From assembly GCA_963729895.1 (NCBI GenBank), contig CAVSQB010000026.1:1-64000 (forward strand): a stretch of DNA of 64,000 nucleotides, written 5' to 3'. Origin of the DNA: an uncultured Fibrobacterota bacterium. GTDB taxonomy: Bacteria > Fibrobacterota > Chitinivibrionia > Chitinivibrionales > FEN-1185. The notes below the pieces were generated by a model. The model was not told where the DNA came from. It did no database searches and worked only from the letters and a program-made list of their open reading frames with translations. The stretch's first letter is position 1; each line of letters opens with the position of its first letter. The translations under genes and the position numbers were made by a program. Below, one piece after another: positions 58,344 through 64,000 of the stretch.

Positions 58344-59066
58344 ATGGCCAAGCGACATCAAAGAGATTTTCTCGCCGAACCGCTCTCAAAACGCTCGTAC
58401 AACCAATGGCTTTTCGGGATTGTTGCAAAACGCTACGGCCTCGTAACGCGAGGCCTTTCGTTTGGCAGGGACTCGTCCTGGAAGAAAGGATTGGCGTCCA
58501 GGATCACCGCAAACAATTCGCCCCGTGTCATTGATATTGCATCGGGAAACGGCGATCTGGCGCTGGCGCTCCTGCGGAAGTTTCCTGATGCGCGAGTCGC
58601 CGCCGCAGACCTTAACCCGAAGATGTTTTTCTCGGCCCACAAAGAGCGCCATCCCGGCGTCGCGTTTGCGGCCCAGGACATGGGGGCACTCGGGTTCAAG
58701 ACCGCGTGCGCGGATATCGTGACGGGCGGCTATGCGCTTCGCAACGCACCCGACCTTCAAATAACCCTCGCGGAAGTCAAAAGGGTGCTTAAGACGGGCG
58801 GCACGGCGGCCTTCCTTGATTTTTCCAAACCGCCCAACGCGCTCGCCGCGGCAATCGAATACGCGCTGCTCAAATTCTGGGGCAGCCTGTGGGGCCTTGT
58901 GCTCCATGGCAACCCCGAAATCTACGGCTACATTGCCGAAAGCCTGCGCCTGTTTCCGGACCGCCCGGCACTCCATTCGCTGCTGGCGGAATCCGGTCTT
59001 CCCGTAACGCAATCAAAACGGTTCATTTTCGGGATTGTCGAACTTATCATCTGCCGGGCGAAATAA
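58344..59066 (+). CDS. UbiE/MenG-family C-methyltransferase
   Basis: F..VAKRY...LSFG.D..WK, DIASGNGD, YALRN, RVLK.GG, Y.YIAES. Confidence 0.88.
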   Translation: MAKRHQRDFLAEPLSKRSYNQWLFGIVAKRYGLVTRGLSFGRDSSWKKGLASRITANNSPRVIDIASGNGDLALALLRKFPDARVAAADLNPKMFFSAHKERHPGVAFAAQDMGALGFKTACADIVTGGYALRNAPDLQITLAEVKRVLKTGGTAAFLDFSKPPNALAAAIEYALLKFWGSLWGLVLHGNPEIYGYIAESLRLFPDRPALHSLLAESGLPVTQSKRFIFGIVELIICRAK

Positions 59067-59068
59067 CG

Positions 59069-60157
59069 TCATCCTCGTAACAAATAGGCGTGTGCAGAAA
59101 ACCCCGCGCCGAATGCAACCATCACGCACCATTCTCCGGGCGCGATTCCGGCCGCCGCAAGGCGCTCCAGCTCGAACAGCACGGTCGGCGACGACATGTT
59201 GCCAAAGTCCCGAAGCACCTGTCTGGTGACCGCCAGTTGTTCCTCGGAAAGTCCAAGACCGGTCTTGATCGATTCGATGATCCTGTCGCCTCCCGGATGC
59301 ACGGCCCAGTGTTTGATGCCGCGGACGTTCAAACCGTGCCGCTCCAGCAGCGCGCGGATCATCGGCGGTACCGCTTCCCCCACGACTTTTGCAAGCTGCG
59401 GCGACAATTTATTGTGAAGCCGGCCCTTGTTGTAGACGTACCGGACGTCTTCGCGGAACGCCGGGTCATAACGGCTGATGCTTGACACAAGCGAAATGCC
59501 CTCGCTTCCGCGCCGGAGCACGGTCGCTCCGGCCCCGTCGCCGAAAATGGCGTTGGAAATAACGAGGCTGATATCATCGCCCATCTGGTAGGTGGCGCTG
59601 CAAATCTCCACCGACACGCACACGGCGATGCCGTCACCCGCGCCGGCAAGCAGCCGCTCGCCCACCTGGAGGCAGGGGACCGCGCCGCCGCATCCGCTGC
59701 CCACAAGATCAAAGGCGCCGACGGCGGGAGAGAGCCCGAGGCGCTCGACAAGATAGGTCGAAAGACCCGGGCAGATATAACCCGTGCAGGTGTTTACGAC
59801 GAGGGCCGTGATATCGCTGCATGAACAGTCTTGTCCGGCCAGCGCCCGGGTGACGGCCTGCGCGGAAAGATCGACGGCCCAGCGGGTGAACCTGTCGATA
59901 CGGCGATCTGGGTCTTCTTCCTTGAGCATCACCAGTTGTTCCTCGTTGTCAACAGCCACGTGGCGCTGCCTGATGCTCGGATGAGACAGAACCTGGTGCA
60001 GCACCTCCAGGGTGCGCGGCTTGAGAATGCCGGCATAATGCCGCGACATGAGCGTGTCGGCCGTGCCTTGATCCACCACGAACGGCGGGGCCGCCGTTCC
60101 GATGCCGGCGATCCGCGGCCCTTGAAGTCCGTTTCGTGCCGAGGCGTGCGTCGTCAT
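59069..60157 (-). CDS. Type III polyketide synthase (chalcone synthase-like)
   Basis: Cys-His-Asn triad in GSGCGG, HPGG, GNMSS; FGDGA; FGAG. Confidence 0.95.
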   Translation of the reverse strand: MTTHASARNGLQGPRIAGIGTAAPPFVVDQGTADTLMSRHYAGILKPRTLEVLHQVLSHPSIRQRHVAVDNEEQLVMLKEEDPDRRIDRFTRWAVDLSAQAVTRALAGQDCSCSDITALVVNTCTGYICPGLSTYLVERLGLSPAVGAFDLVGSGCGGAVPCLQVGERLLAGAGDGIAVCVSVEICSATYQMGDDISLVISNAIFGDGAGATVLRRGSEGISLVSSISRYDPAFREDVRYVYNKGRLHNKLSPQLAKVVGEAVPPMIRALLERHGLNVRGIKHWAVHPGGDRIIESIKTGLGLSEEQLAVTRQVLRDFGNMSSPTVLFELERLAAAGIAPGEWCVMVAFGAGFSAHAYLLRG

Positions 60158-60347
60158 AAGTTTCCCTGTTGTTCCAATTAATGCTTCACGGGCCGCACGG
60201 AGTATTTATTTTAGATTTGAATGTTGTGGAGTCCCGCGGACGGTTCGGCTGGTGCGGGCGCAACGGATAAATATAGCTATTAGCGAAGAGAAATCGTACC
60301 CATTCGTTATACAACGCCTGCGGTTTCCGAATTGAAAGGAACTCCCT

Positions 60348-60614
60348 ATGGAACTTGTCGGTAACGATGCGCTTATCATGGCCCGGATGGCAAAAGTGAT
60401 AGGTGAAGTCCTCAAACCGGGCAGCCAGCCGCTCACCTTTGACAAACGCTTCAAGGAAGACCTGGGCGCCGATTCTCTCGACATCGTTTCCCTCCTCATG
60501 GCGCTCGAGGAGGAATTTCACACCCAGATATCAGACCAGGAAGCGGCCGGGTTCACGACGGTAGGCGCAGTGTTCGACTATGTCAAGGCGCGGGCCGCCC
60601 TCGCGCATTCATGA
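60348..60614 (+). CDS. Acyl carrier protein
   Basis: DLGADSLD phosphopantetheine site; LEEEF. Confidence 0.95.
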   Translation: MELVGNDALIMARMAKVIGEVLKPGSQPLTFDKRFKEDLGADSLDIVSLLMALEEEFHTQISDQEAAGFTTVGAVFDYVKARAALAHS

Positions 60615-61993
60615 ACCGCCGCGTCGTCGTCACCGGCATCGGGATCATCGCCCCGGGCGCCCCGAACGCCGCAACATTCTGGAACAACTGCCTGGCCGGC
60701 GTCGCGCCCGTGTCGCCTATTCCCGCCCACTGGAAACGGTACGCCGAGTATGCCTCCACGATCTGGGCGCCGCTTCCGAAACTCGATTTTTCCGGCCTCG
60801 GCATAAGCCGCGTGGAACAGATGCAACTCGATCCGTCCTCAATGCTTGCGCTGTGCGCCGCACGCGAAGCCCTTGACAGCTCGCGCATCCGCAGTACCCT
60901 CAAGAATGAAAAGAAAAACACGTTTTCTCTGGACGGTCTTGACGCCGGGCGCGTTGCCGTCTATTGTGGCAGCGGCATCGGCGGCCTTACCTCCCTCATC
61001 TTCAGCCAGTCGTATCATATTGTGTCCCCGCTTGCCAACGCATTCTCACACCTTCGACCGCTTCTTTCGGGCGGCCAGGCGCCGTTTCCCGAGGCGAGGC
61101 TCATTGCGGATGCAGCGAGCGAAGACATACGCATGCCCCAGCGGTTCAATCCTTTCATTGTGTCAATGACTATGCCCAATGCCGTTTCCGCAAACATCGG
61201 GATCAAGTACTCGGTCCACGGACCCAACACCACGGTGAGCTGCGCCTGCTCCGCGGGCACGGTCGCCGTTGGACAGGCGTTCTCGGCCATCCGGGGGGAC
61301 CGCGCGGACTGCGCCCTGTGCGGCGGCGTGGAATTTCTCGGAGACGAATTCGGCGGGATATTCCGCGGGTTCGACTGTGCAAAGACGCTTGTCAATCCGG
61401 GAAACGATCCTCATTCCGCCAACCGCCCGTTCGATAGGCTCCGCTCCGGGTTTCTCTTTGCCGAAGGCGGCGCGGCCATCCTCGTGATTGAGGAGCTTTC
61501 CCATGCTCTTCGCCGCGATGCATCCATCATTTCGGAAATAACCGGATTCGCGGAGACCTTCGACGGCCACAACATCATGATGATGGACCCCCAGGCCGAT
61601 CAGATCCGGCGCATGCTTCACCTGCTTGTCGGTTCCGCGGGTCTTGCCTTTTCGGACATCGACTATATCAACGCCCACGGGACGGGCACGGTGGCAAACG
61701 ATGAGATTGAGGCGCGGCTCATCGACGAGTGCTTCGGACAAAAGCCGATTGTCAATTCAACAAAATCGCTCATCGGGCATGCCATCGGCGCCGGCGGCGC
61801 CATCGAAACGGCGGTGACGGCCCTCAGCATTGCGCATAAAACGACCCATGCGTGCAAGAACCTGGAGGAGCCGGTTCGCGATCTCAATTTTGTCAGAACG
61901 CCCGGGAACTTCCCTATTCGCAAAGCGATCACGCAGTCGTTCGCGTTCGGCGGGCACAATGCGGGGTTGGTGCTGGAGGAATACCGGGAGTAA
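60611..61993 (+). CDS. Beta-ketoacyl-ACP synthase II (FabF-like) with internal insertion
   Basis: RRVVVTGIG, CACSAG, NAHGTGT, KSLIGH, FAFGG; overlaps the ACP stop. Confidence 0.93.
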   Translation: MNRRVVVTGIGIIAPGAPNAATFWNNCLAGVAPVSPIPAHWKRYAEYASTIWAPLPKLDFSGLGISRVEQMQLDPSSMLALCAAREALDSSRIRSTLKNEKKNTFSLDGLDAGRVAVYCGSGIGGLTSLIFSQSYHIVSPLANAFSHLRPLLSGGQAPFPEARLIADAASEDIRMPQRFNPFIVSMTMPNAVSANIGIKYSVHGPNTTVSCACSAGTVAVGQAFSAIRGDRADCALCGGVEFLGDEFGGIFRGFDCAKTLVNPGNDPHSANRPFDRLRSGFLFAEGGAAILVIEELSHALRRDASIISEITGFAETFDGHNIMMMDPQADQIRRMLHLLVGSAGLAFSDIDYINAHGTGTVANDEIEARLIDECFGQKPIVNSTKSLIGHAIGAGGAIETAVTALSIAHKTTHACKNLEEPVRDLNFVRTPGNFPIRKAITQSFAFGGHNAGLVLEEYRE

Positions 61994-62034
61994 CGGGAGT
62001 GTTTCCGTGGAGAACCTTCTTCCTCCGCGCGGTC

Positions 62035-63273
62035 CTACCCCCTCGACGCTCGCTCCGAAAGCCAGTGAGTGCTGGCGATACAACCTTTGTCAAGCTCCTC
62101 AGCCAGCGCGAGCGCATCGCTTCGATACCCGCTCCGGATGCGCACGGTTTTTTCGGCCCACGAGGAGCAATACGTGCAACGCCTGCAGTCGGCCGTGGAA
62201 CAATCGCGGGTGCGGAGCCCTTCGACAAATCCATCGAGCGCCTTGTTGTCGATGTAGACCGGCGCCGTCGCGCGGCCGTAGTCGTGCAGAATGACCATCT
62301 CGGCGTAGCGCTTCATCGCCGCAAGCGCGGAGAGTTTGACGTACCATGGTTTGAACATCACCGTCATCATCCTTGCGCGCTGCGCAAACGGCGTGTTCTG
62401 TTCGCGTTTTATCTGGGCAACGGGCCCCGCTATTTCGAGCAAATTTCCGTCAAACGACCGCGCAGCGTACGCGGCAACGCGTTTGACAAGAAGATCGCCG
62501 GGACAGCTTCGCTCCACAATCTTGAACGAATGAAACCCGATCTCTTCGTAGAAGTGAAGATCTTCGGGCCTGATCCACGTTGCGCGCAGGTACAACGACG
62601 GGTCTCTCAGCTTGCTCGACGAACAGTGGAGGAAACAATAGTCGAGGCAGAATCCCTTGCGCCCTCCCCGCGACATTGAGCTTTGGGTGAGCAGATGCAT
62701 GTGGGTAGGTTCGTGCGAGCAATTGAGCAGACAGCTTGCATTGACAATGAGCTGCAATTCGCGCCGGGACGCCTTCTTGATGGCTTCGAGTTTCGTGAAA
62801 TTCCGGTTGCACGCAATCGCGCTCACGCAGATCGTGTCCGCGCCCATGTCTTCCCATTGCACCACTTTATGGGGCGTGTCGACAAGCGCGAATACTCCCA
62901 CGCGCACCATCAAGCGAGGGTATTGCTTTTTCACAAGCCTCAGAAGATAGGGCGAGGCAACGGTAACGGCGTCCACTCCCATTTCATCGAGCCCGTCGAG
63001 CTGGCGGCGAATGGCCGCCTGGCCGCGCCTGGTTTGTTCCAGGCCGTATAAGCCGGCCCCGTTGATCAGGTAATTGAAGCTGAGACCGTGCGCGTGCGCC
63101 TCGGCCACGGACGACGCAAGAGACCTCCTCGTCGTGGGCCGCAAGGTTATGGTCGACCGCCCGCCGCCGATGAGATCGCGCGACAGCTTGCCGTAAATCT
63201 CCTTCACTTCAGGGAATTTTGCCAGTGTGGGGATAATACCCGGTTCAAAGGTGTAGGCAACGCTCAGTTTCAT
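62035..63273 (-). CDS. U32 'peptidase' family Fe-S protein
   Basis: AHAHG..FNYLIN, GVDAVTVA, Cys cluster CLLNC...CLDYCFLHC, IRPED, FKI.ER, C-terminal CSTADCRRCTYC. Confidence 0.85.
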   Translation of the reverse strand: MKLSVAYTFEPGIIPTLAKFPEVKEIYGKLSRDLIGGGRSTITLRPTTRRSLASSVAEAHAHGLSFNYLINGAGLYGLEQTRRGQAAIRRQLDGLDEMGVDAVTVASPYLLRLVKKQYPRLMVRVGVFALVDTPHKVVQWEDMGADTICVSAIACNRNFTKLEAIKKASRRELQLIVNASCLLNCSHEPTHMHLLTQSSMSRGGRKGFCLDYCFLHCSSSKLRDPSLYLRATWIRPEDLHFYEEIGFHSFKIVERSCPGDLLVKRVAAYAARSFDGNLLEIAGPVAQIKREQNTPFAQRARMMTVMFKPWYVKLSALAAMKRYAEMVILHDYGRATAPVYIDNKALDGFVEGLRTRDCSTADCRRCTYCSSWAEKTVRIRSGYRSDALALAEELDKGCIASTHWLSERASRG

Positions 63274-63334
63274 GGCGGTGCTTCCGAGGGTTCGTGGTTT
63301 ACCGGAGGCCGGCGCGAGGTGCCCGGACAAGCCG

Positions 63335-64000
63335 CTATTTCCCCTTCTTTGCCGCCTCGTACCGGTACTCTGCTGCGTCAATAAGCCACAGAGGGTCTTT
63401 GTAACTCTGGTAGCGCACACGGTCCACAAAATACGTGGGAGTCAGGGTGACGCCGTTGGCGGCGGCTTCTGCGGTTGATCTGGCGACGGCGGAATCCGCT
63501 TCGGGCGAGTTTGCGCGCTGCTTGAATGCAGCGTGCGACATGTTCAGGCTGTCGGCGATCGCGTAGATAAGGCTTTCACTGACACGGCCTTTGCTCTTGG
63601 CGAGCGAAATAAAGAAGTCCCAGAACTTGCCCATGCCGCCGGCCGCCACAAGCGACCGGTTTGCGAACCCGTTGCCCAGGGGTTTAATCATGAGGCGCGC
63701 CTTGCCGGCGAGGACTCCCACGGTCACCGCATCGTACAGCTCGTGCGTCACGAAGTGACATATGGGGCATACGGCGCTTACGTATCCAATTATCAGCACG
63801 GGCGCACGCTTGTCGCCTGCGATGGGAAATACCGTCGTGTCGATGATGCCCTTGCGGGTCGAAGTAAGGCTCTCGTAGCGCCTTCCCGCTTCCTGTATTA
63901 TGGTTGCCGACGAGGTTTTGCGCGCCACGAGCCACTTGAAAAACGAATGCAGCCGCCCGGCAATGGTGCAGGTGGGATACTTCTTGAGGCATGCGGCAAG
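63335..64000 (-). CDS. DsbA/thioredoxin-fold protein, 3' part; start lies beyond the window
   Basis: CPIC CxxC, GKFW, GV..TPTYF; frame open to the right edge. Confidence 0.8.
   Translation of the reverse strand, partial: LAACLKKYPTCTIAGRLHSFFKWLVARKTSSATIIQEAGRRYESLTSTRKGIIDTTVFPIAGDKRAPVLIIGYVSAVCPICHFVTHELYDAVTVGVLAGKARLMIKPLGNGFANRSLVAAGGMGKFWDFFISLAKSKGRVSESLIYAIADSLNMSHAAFKQRANSPEADSAVARSTAEAAANGVTLTPTYFVDRVRYQSYKDPLWLIDAAEYRYEAAKKGK

Noticed and set aside
60348..61993. ACP/FabF as the housekeeping fatty acid synthase locus
   Set aside because: No fabG, fabD, fabH or plsX nearby, both proteins look divergent, and they are divergently paired with the PKS
1..64000. CRISPR arrays, tRNA, rRNA, prophage
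   Set aside because: No regularly spaced repeats, cloverleaf or rRNA signatures, or phage gene sets seen by eye

Overview
GC-rich bacterial chromosomal window. The style of its secreted proteins (DUF2341/LamG, FlgD-Ig/T9SS-like tails, GH2/GH3) suggests a Fibrobacterota/Chitinivibrionia-type organism; this is inference only. In order, it contains: (1) the 5' part of a large secreted DUF2341-LamG-Ig protein, cut off from its apparent promoter by an IS1380-family element; (2) yciB and a block of secreted/glycan-active genes (two tandem GH3, a stand-alone sorting-like domain protein, a transglutaminase-like lipoprotein, GH2); (3) a dcw cluster (mraZ-rsmH-ftsL-ftsI-small ORF-murE-[murF::murD fusion]-ftsW-murG-murC-ftsQ-ftsA-ftsZ) lacking mraY, murB and ddl; (4) a glmM-like mutase, hicBA, an Mla/Mce ABC operon split by an IS, engB, trpD, an orphan 4HB sensor, aroD, two radical SAM genes, an LRR protein, lpxL and a two-component pair; (5) a second copy of the same 1305-bp IS; (6) a candidate biosynthetic cluster of type III PKS, ACP, KAS II and two methyltransferases next to a U32-family Fe-S protein, possibly an O2-independent route to alkyl-resorcinol/quinone lipids. 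No rRNA, tRNA or CRISPR array was recognised. All assignments come from reading motifs; no database search was run.
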